Assembly: GCA_963851265.1 (NCBI GenBank)
Contig: CAWKNZ010000005.1
Coordinates: 249,612-313,611 of the forward strand
Direction: 5' to 3'
DNA length: 64,000 nucleotides
Source: an uncultured Gemmatimonadales bacterium
GTDB lineage: Bacteria > Gemmatimonadota > Gemmatimonadetes > Gemmatimonadales > Gemmatimonadaceae
Shown one piece after another: positions 1 through 9,356 of this stretch. Under the pieces are notes generated by a model. It was given only the letters and a program-made list of their open reading frames with translations, searched no databases and was not told the DNA's origin. Both the position numbers and the translations under genes were made by a program. The first letter of the stretch is position 1, and every line of letters begins with the position of its first letter.

Positions 1-714
1 CGCGGGCGTGCCGGCGGCACCGCGGCCGAGTTCACGGTGGTGCCCGCAAGTCAGGCCGTGCCGCTGCCCGACGGCATCGGGTTCGACGTCGGCGCGTGCC
101 TGGGCGTCCCGGCGCTCACGGCGCACCGGTGCCTCTTTGCCGACGGCCCGGCGACCGGGCGCGCGGTGCTGGTGCAGGGCGGGGCGGGGGCGGTGGGACT
201 CGCGGCGGTGCTGCTCGCGCGGTGGGCTGGCGCGCGCGTGCTGGCCACGGTGAGCCGCCCCGAGCAGGCGGCCGCCGCGGAGGCCGCGGGCGCGCACGTC
301 GTCATCAACCGTCGCACCGAGGACGTCGCCGCCCGCGTGCGCAGCGCGACCGACGGGGCGGGCGTCGACCGGGTCGTCGAGGTCGACCTCGCGGCCAACC
401 TCGAGCAGGACCTCGCGTGCCTCGCGCCGAACGGCGTGATCAGCGCCTACGCCAGCGCGGCGCCCGACGCGGCGGCCGCGCTCGTGGTCCGCCGCACGAT
501 GATGCTGAACGCGGTGGTCCGCACCGTGTTCGTGTACGGCATGGGCCCGCAGGCGCACGCCGACGCCGTGCGCGACGTGACCGCGTGTCTCGCGGCCGGC
601 GCGTACCGCCCGCTGATCGGGCTCCGGCTCCCGCTCGAACGCGTGGCCGACGCGCACGACGCGCAGGACGCGGGGGCGACGGTCGGGAAGATCGTCCTCG
701 AGATCGCGCGCTGA
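1..714 (+). CDS. NADPH:quinone reductase / MDR-family oxidoreductase (5' truncated by window)
   Basis: Frame open from base 1; GVPALTAH, VLVQGGAGAVG nucleotide-binding motif, C-terminal GKIVL. Confidence 0.85.
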   Translation, partial: RGRAGGTAAEFTVVPASQAVPLPDGIGFDVGACLGVPALTAHRCLFADGPATGRAVLVQGGAGAVGLAAVLLARWAGARVLATVSRPEQAAAAEAAGAHVVINRRTEDVAARVRSATDGAGVDRVVEVDLAANLEQDLACLAPNGVISAYASAAPDAAAALVVRRTMMLNAVVRTVFVYGMGPQAHADAVRDVTACLAAGAYRPLIGLRLPLERVADAHDAQDAGATVGKIVLEIAR

Positions 715-802
715 GTACGGCCGCGCGCGCCCGACCGGGTGCGGGCCGTCGGACGCCTGCCGGGGCACGCCGTATCTTACGGGTCGACACCGTCCCGACT
801 TC

Positions 803-2089
803 GTGCGCCTCGTCCACCTCGCCGACCTTCACCTCGGCTTCCGCCAGTACCAGCGCCTCACCCCGACCGGCGTCAACCAGCGGGAGGCGGACGTCGCGCG
901 CACCTTCGCCCGCGCGATCGACCGCACCATCGAGCTGGCGCCGGACCTCGTGGTGGTCGCCGGCGACGTGTTTCACGTCGTGCGGCCGCCCAACCCCGCG
1001 ATCCTGCACGCGTTCCGGCAGTTCATGCGCCTGCAGCTCGCGCTGCCTAACGCGACGGTCGTGATGGTCGCGGGCAACCACGACGCGCCGCGCACGGCCG
1101 AGACGGGCTCCATCCTGAAGCTGTTCACCGAGTGCGGCGTGCGCGTGGTGGATGGCGCGGCCGAGCGGATCGCGCTCCCCGCACTCGACGCGAGCGTGCT
1201 CGCCGTGCCCGACGTGCCGGGGCACGTGCGCCCGGTGCTCGCGCCCGACCCGTCGGCGCGCCACAACGTGCTGCTGCTCCACGGCGAGGTCGAGGGCATG
1301 CTGCGCGGCGTCGCCTCCGCGGAGCGAGCCGCGACCGAGATCCCGCGCGCCGACCTGCGCGCCCCGGAGTGGGATTACATCGCGCTCGGCCACTATCACG
1401 TCTACCGCGAGGTCGAGCCGAACGCGTACTACTCGGGGTCGATCGACTACACGAGCTTCGACGCGTGGGGCGAGCGGCGCGACGAGCGCGACCAGGGCAT
1501 CCCGGGCAAGGGGATCGTCGAGCGCGACCTCGCGACGGGGCGGCACACCTTCCACCCGCTCGAGCCCTCGCGCACGCTCGTCGACCTGCACCCGGTCGCG
1601 GGTGCGGGGCTCGGCGCGCGCGAACTCGATGCGGCGGTCCGCGCGGCGGTCGACGGGGTGGCGGGCGGCATCGAAGACAAGATCGTGCGGCTCCGCGCGG
1701 TCGACGTGCCGCGCCACATCGCGCGGGAGATGGACCACAAGGCCCTGCGCGAGTACAAGCGGCGCGCGTTGCACTTCCAGTTCGAGACCGTGCGCCCCGA
1801 CGTCGCGCGCGTCGCGGCCGGCGGCTCGCCCGGGCGCCGCCCGTCGCTCGCCGACGTGGTGCGCGAGAAGCTCGCCGCGCGGCTGCTGCCGGGCGAGGTT
1901 CCGCGCGACGCCTTCGTCGCGTTAGGCCTCAAGTACCTGGCCGACGCCGACGCGGCGGCCGCCGAGGCCCCCGCGGGCGCGATGGCCGGCGCGGGCGACG
2001 GCGACGGCGCGTTCGCGGCCGCCGCGTCCGTGGGCGGCACCCCCGTGGGCGGCACGCCCGCGGGCGGAACCGCCGGGGGCGTCGCGTGA
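803..2089 (+). CDS. sbcD: SbcD/Mre11-family DNA repair nuclease
   Basis: Metallophosphoesterase motifs DLHLG, AGDVF, GNHD, LGHYH; stop overlaps start of the SMC-like ATPase (GTGA). Confidence 0.9.
   Translation: MRLVHLADLHLGFRQYQRLTPTGVNQREADVARTFARAIDRTIELAPDLVVVAGDVFHVVRPPNPAILHAFRQFMRLQLALPNATVVMVAGNHDAPRTAETGSILKLFTECGVRVVDGAAERIALPALDASVLAVPDVPGHVRPVLAPDPSARHNVLLLHGEVEGMLRGVASAERAATEIPRADLRAPEWDYIALGHYHVYREVEPNAYYSGSIDYTSFDAWGERRDERDQGIPGKGIVERDLATGRHTFHPLEPSRTLVDLHPVAGAGLGARELDAAVRAAVDGVAGGIEDKIVRLRAVDVPRHIAREMDHKALREYKRRALHFQFETVRPDVARVAAGGSPGRRPSLADVVREKLAARLLPGEVPRDAFVALGLKYLADADAAAAEAPAGAMAGAGDGDGAFAAAASVGGTPVGGTPAGGTAGGVA
2027..2080 (+). repeat. Imperfect 15-nt tandem repeat (about 3.5 copies) encoding the GGTP(V/A) tail of SbcD
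   Basis: ccgtgggcggcac-cc-ccgtgggcggcac-gc-ccgcgggcggaac-cg-ccgggggcg. Confidence 0.7.
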
Positions 2090-4551
2090 AGCTGCGCGCG
2101 CTGCGCCTCGTCAACTTCCGGCAGCACGCGGACTCGTCGCTCACGTTCGGCGACGGGCTCACGGGGATCATCGGGCCCAACGGGTCGGGCAAGACCACCG
2201 TGCTCGAGGCGATCGCGTGGGCGCTCTACGGCCAGCAGGCCGCGCGCGGCACCCGCGACTCGCTGCGCTTCACCCGCGCGCCGGCGCGCGCGTCCGTGCG
2301 GGTCGAGCTGGAGTTCGAGCTCGCCGGGCACCGCTACCGCGTCGTGCGCGGCCTGACCAGCGCGGAGGTCTACCTCGACAACGCCCCGTCGCCGGTCGCC
2401 AACTCGATCACCGGCGTCACCGAGCTCCTGCAACGCCGGCTCGGGATGACGAAGGGTGAGTTCTTCAACACGTACTTCACGGGACAGAAGGAGCTCTCGG
2501 TGATGGCCGCGATGGGGCCCACCGAGCGCGCGCAGTTCCTGTCCCGCGTGTTGGGCTACGAACGGCTGCGCGCCGCGCAGCACCTCGTGCGCGAGCGCCG
2601 GAAACTCGTGGTCGCCGAGCTCCAGGGGCTGCGTTCCGGGCTCCCCGACCCCGACGCGGTGCGCGCGGCGCTCCGCGAGGCCGAGGCGCGCGTGGCGTCC
2701 GCCCGCGCGGGGGCCGAGGCGGCGGAGCGCGACCGCGTGCGGGCACAGGAGCGCCTCGCCACCGTGGTGCCGCGCTGGCAGGCGGTGCAGGAGGCGCGCG
2801 AGCGCGCGCTCGCCCTCGCCGGCGAGCTGCGGGTGGCCGAGGGCGAGGCGGCCACGCTCGGGCGCGAGGTCGAGCGGATCGCGCGCGAACTCGACGCCGC
2901 CACCGCGGCCGGGGTGGAAGTCGAGCGCCTGGCGTCGATGCTCGCGCCGCTCCCGATCCTGCGGACCGAGCTCGCACGCCTCGACCAGCTCGCGGCGGCG
3001 GAGGGGCGGCGTCAGGCGCTGCTCGACTCCGAGCGCGCGCTCGCCGACGAGGCCGCGAAGCTGGCCGAGCGGCGCGCGAAGCTGGGCGCCGCGCCCGCGC
3101 TGGAGCGCGAGACCGAGGCGCAACTCGCCTCCCGCCGGCAGGAGCTGGACGCGGTGCAGGGCGAGCACGAGGCGCAGCGCACGGCGTACGTGCGCGACCG
3201 GCAGGAGGCCGACACGAAGCTCGAATCGCTGCGCGCGCAGTTCGCCGACGCCAAGGCGCAGCGCGACCGCGTGCAGCAACTCGGCCCCGAGAGCCCGTGC
3301 CCTACGTGCACGCGTCCGTTGGGCGCGAGCTTCACGACCGTCCTCGACGCGCTCGACGACCAGCTCGACACGCTGAGCGCGAACGGGCAGTACTTCAAGA
3401 ACCGCCTCAAGCAGCTCGAGGGCGAGCCCGAGGCGCTGCGCGCGTTAGGCGAGCGCCGCCGCGCGCTCGCGGCCGACGTGACCGCGCTGGAGCGCCGCTT
3501 CGCCAAGTGCCAGGCCGGCGTGCAGGAGCTGCGGCTGGTGGAGCAGGACGCCGCCGCGCGCGAGCGTCGGCTGGCGGGCGTGCGCGCCGACCTCGCCGCG
3601 CTCCCCGCCGGGTACGACCACGCCGCGCACCGCGCGACGAAGGCCGAGACCGAGCGCCTCGTCCAGCTCGACCGCGAGCGCGTGCGCGCCGAGGCGACCG
3701 TCGCGCGCGCGGCCGAGGCGCGCGCCGCGCTGGAGCGCGCGACCGCCGCGCTCGCACAGACCCGCGAGCGCGTCGACGCGCTGCGCGCGCGCGCGGCCGC
3801 GACGTCGTTCGACGAGGGCGCGTTCGCGCGCGGGCGGAGCGAATACGACGAGGCCACGGCCGCGGCGCGCGGCGCCGAGGTCCGTGCGGCGCAGTCCGAG
3901 GGCGAGCTCGCCGCCGCGCGCGGCGCGCTCGAGAGCGCGGAGCGGCAGCGCGCCGAGTTGGAGCGCGGCCGCGAGCGGCTGCAGGCGCTGTCGCACGAGC
4001 GCCTGCTGCACGAGGAGCTCGACCGCGCGTACACCGACCTGCGCACCGACCTCAATTTCCAGCTGCGCCCCGAACTCTCGGACGCGGCCAGTCGCTTCCT
4101 GGAGGACCTCACCGACGGTCGTTACGACGCACTCGAGCTCGACGACCAGTACAACGTGATCGTGCTCGAGGGGAAGGTGCCCAAGCCCGTGATCTCGGGT
4201 GGCGAGGAGGACCTCGCGAATCTCGTACTGCGCCTCGCGATCTCGCAGATGATCGCGGAGCGCGCGGGACAGAGCTTCTCGCTGCTCGTGCTCGACGAGG
4301 TATTCGGGTCGCTCGACGAGTCGCGCCGGGCCAACGTGATCGAGCTGCTGCGGCGCCTGCACGACCGCTTCGAGCAGGTGATCGTGATCACGCACATCGA
4401 GGACGTGCGCGAGGGGCTCGACCAGGTGATCCGCGTGCGCTACGACGAGGCGCGCGGTACCTCGGTAGTCGAGCAGGACGGGCGCGGTGAGGGCGACGAC
4501 GTCGATTCCGCGCCGCCCGACGCCCGTCCGGCACTCGTCGCCGCGGCCTGA
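2086..4551 (+). CDS. sbcC: SbcC/Rad50-family SMC-like ATPase
   Basis: GTG start at 2086; Walker A GPNGSGKT, long coiled coil with central CPTC zinc hook, ISGGE signature, LVLDEVFGSLD Walker B/D-loop. Confidence 0.9.
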   Translation: MKLRALRLVNFRQHADSSLTFGDGLTGIIGPNGSGKTTVLEAIAWALYGQQAARGTRDSLRFTRAPARASVRVELEFELAGHRYRVVRGLTSAEVYLDNAPSPVANSITGVTELLQRRLGMTKGEFFNTYFTGQKELSVMAAMGPTERAQFLSRVLGYERLRAAQHLVRERRKLVVAELQGLRSGLPDPDAVRAALREAEARVASARAGAEAAERDRVRAQERLATVVPRWQAVQEARERALALAGELRVAEGEAATLGREVERIARELDAATAAGVEVERLASMLAPLPILRTELARLDQLAAAEGRRQALLDSERALADEAAKLAERRAKLGAAPALERETEAQLASRRQELDAVQGEHEAQRTAYVRDRQEADTKLESLRAQFADAKAQRDRVQQLGPESPCPTCTRPLGASFTTVLDALDDQLDTLSANGQYFKNRLKQLEGEPEALRALGERRRALAADVTALERRFAKCQAGVQELRLVEQDAAARERRLAGVRADLAALPAGYDHAAHRATKAETERLVQLDRERVRAEATVARAAEARAALERATAALAQTRERVDALRARAAATSFDEGAFARGRSEYDEATAAARGAEVRAAQSEGELAAARGALESAERQRAELERGRERLQALSHERLLHEELDRAYTDLRTDLNFQLRPELSDAASRFLEDLTDGRYDALELDDQYNVIVLEGKVPKPVISGGEEDLANLVLRLAISQMIAERAGQSFSLLVLDEVFGSLDESRRANVIELLRRLHDRFEQVIVITHIEDVREGLDQVIRVRYDEARGTSVVEQDGRGEGDDVDSAPPDARPALVAAA

Positions 4552-4578
4552 CCGCGTGACACCTCCGGTGCCGAGCCG

Positions 4579-5559
4579 ATGACCGGGCTGCGCCCGTGGC
4601 GCGCGTCGTCGCGCACCGCCGACGGCCCGTACCGCGCCACGGCGGCCGACATTCCGTCGCTGAACACCGCGTTCAGCGAGGCGTTCACGGACCGTTACCG
4701 CAAGGACGGTCTCGTGGGCGTGCGGGTGCCCGCGCTCAACCCGCTCATCTGGCGCTACGCGCTCGCCGACGCGGGCGAGGGCGCGGTCCTCTGGCGCGGC
4801 GACCGCGCCGAGGTGGTCGCGTTCAACGTCGCGCACCACTCGGGCGAGGAGGGGTGGATGGGGCCGCTCGCGGTCGCGCCGACGCACCAGGGGCGCGGGC
4901 TCGGCAAGGCGGTCGTCGGCGCGGGGGTCGAGTGGCTACGGTCGTGCGGCGCGCGCACGATCGGGCTCGAGACGATGCCGCGCACGATGGACAACATCGG
5001 CTTCTACTCGTCGCTGGGCTTCGTTCCCGGCCGCCTCACGCTCACGCTCACGCTCGACGCGGCCGCCGCGGCGCGCGCTCCCACGCTGCTGGGGCGGCTG
5101 CCGCAGGGCGCGCGCGAGGCTGCCGCGGCGGAGTGCGCGGCGCTCACGGCCGCGGTCGGGCCGGGGCGCGACTTCACGCGCGAGATGGCGCTCACCGAGG
5201 AGTTCGCGGTCGGCGACACGGTGCTCGCGTACGGGCCCGGGGGCGCGCTCGCGGGGTTCGCGCTCTGCCATTCTGCGCCCCTCGTCGAGGGGCGGGTGCG
5301 CGAGGAGGTGCGCGTGCTGAAACTCGTCATCGCCTCGCCGGACGCGCTGAGCGCGCTGGCCGAGGCGGTGTGCGACTTCGCGCGGCGGAGCGGCGCGCGG
5401 CGGGCGGCGTTCCGCGTGCAGGGCGAGTACACGTGGCTGTACCAGGCGCTCCTCGCGCGGGGGGCGCGGGTGCGGTGGAGTGATTTGCGGATGACGTTAG
5501 ACGGGTATCCGGAGCCGGCGGTGGCGGAAGGGGCGGTGCTGTCGAACTGGGAGATTTAG
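4579..5559 (+). CDS. GNAT-family N-acetyltransferase (probably tandem domain)
   Basis: LAVAPTHQGRGLGKA acetyl-CoA motif, NIGFYSSLGF. Confidence 0.8.
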   Translation: MTGLRPWRASSRTADGPYRATAADIPSLNTAFSEAFTDRYRKDGLVGVRVPALNPLIWRYALADAGEGAVLWRGDRAEVVAFNVAHHSGEEGWMGPLAVAPTHQGRGLGKAVVGAGVEWLRSCGARTIGLETMPRTMDNIGFYSSLGFVPGRLTLTLTLDAAAAARAPTLLGRLPQGAREAAAAECAALTAAVGPGRDFTREMALTEEFAVGDTVLAYGPGGALAGFALCHSAPLVEGRVREEVRVLKLVIASPDALSALAEAVCDFARRSGARRAAFRVQGEYTWLYQALLARGARVRWSDLRMTLDGYPEPAVAEGAVLSNWEI

Positions 5560-5651
5560 GGGCGGTGGAAGGGTGGGGCGCGCGGCTGTCACGCGTGCCC
5601 GTGACGGGTCGGGGATCGGCGCTTCTTGAACGCCAGGCTGGCGATGAACGA

Positions 5652-5779
5652 GCCGGGAATAATACGGCCGGGGAGACGACGGCTCGGGAGGTACGACCGG
5701 GGGTTACGGACGGCCTGGCCGTCGCCCTTGCGAGCGTCATCGCCTCCGCTGTCGTATCCCCGGGCCGTCCCTCCTCGGC
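5652..5779. other. Long imperfect intergenic hairpin; candidate structured RNA or terminator element
   Basis: 5664-5692 pairs with 5742-5768; apical GACGGCC-T-GGCCGTC at 5709-5723. Confidence 0.55.
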
Positions 5780-5841
5780 CCTACTCCCACGCGCCTGACC
5801 GACCGCCGCCGCCGTTAGGCAGCATCCGTCCCCCTCCGACC

Positions 5842-6000
5842 CTACGGCCTCCGCTCCGTCCCCCGCTGCACCACCCGGTAGATCAGCACGAACACCCCGG
5901 CGGTGAGCAGCGCGTTCACCCACCCCGGCGCCGCGGTGCCCAACGTGAGCCCCGCCCAGACGACGAGGAGGGCGGCGGCGGCGAGGTACCAGAGATCCAT
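5842..6000 (-). CDS. Small 52-aa two-helix membrane protein (absent from the ORF track)
   Basis: ATG at 6000 to TAG at 5842-5844: MDLWYLAAAALLVVWAGLTLGTAAPGWVNALLTAGVFVLIYRVVQRGTERRP; host-like codons. Confidence 0.65.
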   Translation of the reverse strand: MDLWYLAAAALLVVWAGLTLGTAAPGWVNALLTAGVFVLIYRVVQRGTERRP

Positions 6001-6159
6001 GGCGGTCGGGGCAGGGGGAACGCGCGACGCCGTTGGCGGCCCATCGTTGGCGGCGCGCTATGCACCCGCACAACTTAGTGGGGCGTCCTGAGCGCCGGCC
6101 GCGCGGCCCCACCGCGCGCCGGACCGTGCCCACCCGCCACGCCCATCGCCGGAGCCGTA

Positions 6160-6729
6160 ATGCCTCGCCCGTCCCTCTCCCTCCGCGCCGCGGCGCTCGC
6201 GATCGTCGCGACGGGGTGCGCCTCGACCGGCACCGCGCCCATCGAGTCCGCGGCCGCGACCACGCAGCAGACCGTGCGCGTCGACGGGGGCCCCACGACG
6301 TACCAGACGCAGCTCACGCGCAACGACCGGGCGACCGAGACCGACCTCGTCGTTCCGGCGGACCGCGCCTACGCGTTCCTCCCGCTCGTTTACGAGCAGA
6401 TCGGGCTCAAGGTCAACACGGCGGTCAGCGACAGTCGCACGATCGGCGTGAACGCGGCTCGCACCAGACGCGTGGGCAAGGAGCCGCTGTCGCGCTACCT
6501 GTCGTGCGGGACGGACGTCACGGGCACGCCGCTCGCCGACTCGTACGGCGTCACGCTCACCGTCATGTCCCGCGTCACGGCGTCCGGGACCGCGGCGTCG
6601 GTGCTCAGCACGCAGGTGCTCGCGACGGCGGCGCCGATGGCGGTGAGCGGCACGACGGTGACCTGTCAGTCGACCGGCGCGCTCGAGTCGCTCATCGCGA
6701 AGATGCTGACGCTGCGCACGGCCACCTGA
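6160..6729 (+). CDS. Hypothetical lipoprotein
   Basis: Signal peptide with lipobox-like VATG-C; Thr/Ser-rich mature part. Confidence 0.7.
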   Translation: MPRPSLSLRAAALAIVATGCASTGTAPIESAAATTQQTVRVDGGPTTYQTQLTRNDRATETDLVVPADRAYAFLPLVYEQIGLKVNTAVSDSRTIGVNAARTRRVGKEPLSRYLSCGTDVTGTPLADSYGVTLTVMSRVTASGTAASVLSTQVLATAAPMAVSGTTVTCQSTGALESLIAKMLTLRTAT

Positions 6730-6808
6730 CGGAACGCGGGGCGACGGGGCTCCGGCTGTCGGGGCTGCGGCCGACGGAACTAACCTCCGCGCCGGGCGTT
6801 CTATTCGG

Positions 6809-7222
6809 ATGCCAGTGGTCACCGTCACCCGCCGCCTCCGCTTCAACGCGGCGCACCGAGTTCACAATCCGGCCCTCTCCGACGAGGAGAACCGCGACCT
6901 GTTCGGCAAGTGCAACAACCCGAACTGGCACGGCCACAACTACGTGCTCGAAGTGTCGGTCGAGGGCGAGGTCGATCCGCGCACCGGGTACGTCGTCGAC
7001 CTCGGCGCGCTCGCGCGGGTCGTCGAGCGCGAGGTGATCGACGAGGTCGACCATCGCAACATGAACCTCGACGTCGGGTTCATGGAGGGTGTGATCCCCA
7101 CCTCCGAGAACATCGTGGTGCGATGCTGGCAGGTGCTGACGCCGCACATCGCCCCGGGCCGCCTGGCCCGACTGCGGCTGTGGGAAACCGAGAACAACTA
7201 TGTCGAGTACGACGGGCGCTGA
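6809..7222 (+). CDS. 6-pyruvoyl-tetrahydropterin synthase / QueD-family T-fold protein
   Basis: [30 protein letters not shown] motifs. Confidence 0.9.
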   Translation: MPVVTVTRRLRFNAAHRVHNPALSDEENRDLFGKCNNPNWHGHNYVLEVSVEGEVDPRTGYVVDLGALARVVEREVIDEVDHRNMNLDVGFMEGVIPTSENIVVRCWQVLTPHIAPGRLARLRLWETENNYVEYDGR

Positions 7223-7895
7223 CCGCGCGAGATGGGACGGCCGGAACGGGCACGACGGCCACCCGGCCCCCGAGCCGCACGTCACGCCACTCGACCCGGG
7301 CGTGCGGGCCGACGGGGAGTTCAACCCGCGCCTGCTCGAGTACACGGAGCTCGTTCGGCGTCAGCTCGATCTGCTCGGCGAGGACTCCGAGCGCGACGGC
7401 CTGCTCAAGACGCCCGAGCGCGTGGCCAAGGCGATGGCCTTCCTCACGCGCGGCTACGCGCTGAACGCGCGCGACGTGATCGGCGACGCGCTGTTCGAGG
7501 TCGACAGCGAGCAGATGGTGCTCGTGCGCGACATCGAGTTCTACTCGCTCTGCGAGCACCACATGCTGCCTTTTTTCGGCAAGGCGCACATCGCCTACAT
7601 CCCCGACGGGCGCGTGGTAGGGCTGTCGAAGCTGGCGCGCGTGGTCGACGTGTTCGCGCGGAGGCTGCAGGTGCAGGAGCGCCTCACGGAGGACGTGGCC
7701 GGCGCGCTCGACGACGTGCTCCGTCCGCGTGGCGTGGGCGTCGTGATCGAGGCGTCGCACATGTGCATGATGATGCGCGGTGTCGAGAAGCAGAGCTCGA
7801 TGACGGTGACGAGCGCGCTCCGCGGTGCGTTCAAGGCGGACGGGCGCACGCGCGACGAGTTCCTCCGGCTCGCGCACTCGCCCACGCGGGCGTAG
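7200..7895 (+). CDS. folE: GTP cyclohydrolase I
   Basis: [45 protein letters not shown]. Confidence 0.95.
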   Translation: MSSTTGADRARWDGRNGHDGHPAPEPHVTPLDPGVRADGEFNPRLLEYTELVRRQLDLLGEDSERDGLLKTPERVAKAMAFLTRGYALNARDVIGDALFEVDSEQMVLVRDIEFYSLCEHHMLPFFGKAHIAYIPDGRVVGLSKLARVVDVFARRLQVQERLTEDVAGALDDVLRPRGVGVVIEASHMCMMMRGVEKQSSMTVTSALRGAFKADGRTRDEFLRLAHSPTRA

Positions 7896-7918
7896 GGCAC
7901 ACGGCCGTCCGCCACGGC

Positions 7919-8653
7919 GTGACCCCGGCCACCGCGCTCGTCACCGGCGCGTCACGCGGCATTGGCCGCGCCGTCGCCGGACGACTCGCCGCTGCCGGCG
8001 TGCACGTCGCCGCGCTGGCGCGCACCGCCGACGCGCTCGCCGCGCTCGCCAGCGAGTACGCGGGCGGCGGTATGGATGGCCGCGCGGCCGGCCGCGTCCT
8101 GCCGCTCGTCGCCGACCTGCGCGACCCGCTCGCGACGGCGCGCGCACTCGACGCGGTGCGCTCGGCGTTCGACGGCGCGCCCGACCTGCTCGTCAACAAC
8201 GCGGGCGTGTTCGCCGTCGCGCCCGCGCACGAGACCGACGCCGACGCGTTCGCCGCGGTGCTCGACGCGAACCTCGCCGCGCCGTTCCGCGTGGTGCGCG
8301 CCCTGCTCCCGGCGATGCGCGCGCGCGGCGCCGGCCACGTCGTGACCATCGGCTCCGTCGCCGACCGCGCCGTCTTCCCGGGTAACGCGGCCTACGCGGC
8401 GAGCAAGTACGGCCTGCGGGCCTTGCACGAGGTGCTGCGCGCCGAATGCCGCGGCACCGGCGTGCGCTGCACGCTCGTGTCGCCGGGTCCGGTCGACACG
8501 CCGCTCTGGGACCCGCTCGACCCCGACCACACTGCCGGGTTCACGCCGCGCGCGGCGATGCTCGCGGCCGACGACGTCGCCGACGCGGTGGTCTACGCGG
8601 CGACGCGCCGCCCCGAAGTGAACGTCGACGAGCTGCGGCTGGGCCGCGCCTAA
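7919..8653 (+). CDS. Short-chain dehydrogenase/reductase
   Basis: TGASRGIG, NNAG, YAASK motifs; GTG start inferred. Confidence 0.85.
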   Translation: MTPATALVTGASRGIGRAVAGRLAAAGVHVAALARTADALAALASEYAGGGMDGRAAGRVLPLVADLRDPLATARALDAVRSAFDGAPDLLVNNAGVFAVAPAHETDADAFAAVLDANLAAPFRVVRALLPAMRARGAGHVVTIGSVADRAVFPGNAAYAASKYGLRALHEVLRAECRGTGVRCTLVSPGPVDTPLWDPLDPDHTAGFTPRAAMLAADDVADAVVYAATRRPEVNVDELRLGRA

Positions 8654-9349
8654 CGCATCCGGCCGTGTTCGTCGAGCTGATCGACGCGCTGCGCTGCCCC
8701 CGCCCGCACCCCGCCGGCACCCCGGATTCGTGGCTCGTCGCCGCGGCGCGCCGCACCGCCGCACGCTGCCTCGTCGACGGTGTCCTCGGCTGCCCCGTGT
8801 GCCGCGCGGAATTCGCGGTCGCGGGCGGGGTGGTCGATTTCGGTGAGCCCCGCGACACCCGCCCGGCGGCCGCGGCCGCCCCGGCCCCCGACGCGACGGT
8901 CGACGCGTTCCGCCTGGCGGCGCTCCTCCACCTCGCGACGCCGGGCGGGATCATCGCGGTCGGCGGCGACTGGGACCTCGCCCTCGACGGGTTGCTCGAC
9001 GTCACGGAGGTCCGCGCCCTCGCCGTCGAGCCCGCGCACGCGTACGCACCGCGCGAGCCGTTCGGGGCGCTCGTCGGCGGCGAACTGCCGGTTGCCGCTG
9101 GCGCGCTCCGGGGCGTGGCGCTCGACGTGCGCACGGCGACCCCCGCGCGCCTCGCGGCCGCCGTACGCGCGGTCCGCCCCGGCGGCCGCCTCGTCGCGCC
9201 GGCCGCCACGCCCGTGCCCGACGGCGCGCGCGAGCTGGCCCACGACGAGGCGCACTGGGTGGCGGAACGCCTGCCCGAACGCGACGCGGCGCCGGACGGG
9301 CTCGTGCCCCTCCGGCGCCGCCCGGGGTGACCCGCCGGACGCGTTAGGC
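8648..9349. repeat. 16-bp inverted repeat pair (1 mismatch) at 8648-8663 and 9334-9349 flanking one ORF
   Basis: GCCTAACGCATCCGGC versus reverse complement GCCTAACGCGTCCGGC. Confidence 0.8.
8665..9330 (+). CDS. Hypothetical protein with Trm112-like N-terminus and degenerate methyltransferase-like C-terminus
   Basis: LIDALRCP...GVLGCPVC..F.V..GVVDF; RAVRPGGRLV; GTG start inferred. Confidence 0.6.
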   Translation: MFVELIDALRCPRPHPAGTPDSWLVAAARRTAARCLVDGVLGCPVCRAEFAVAGGVVDFGEPRDTRPAAAAAPAPDATVDAFRLAALLHLATPGGIIAVGGDWDLALDGLLDVTEVRALAVEPAHAYAPREPFGALVGGELPVAAGALRGVALDVRTATPARLAAAVRAVRPGGRLVAPAATPVPDGARELAHDEAHWVAERLPERDAAPDGLVPLRRRPG

Positions 9350-9356
9350 TGCGCGC

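Noticed and set aside
1132..2085. Apparent N-terminal extension of SbcC in the ORF track (likewise for ligA, recF, ccmH, UDG)
   Set aside because: Overlaps the upstream gene in another frame; true starts are set by family N-terminal motifs and stop/start overlaps.
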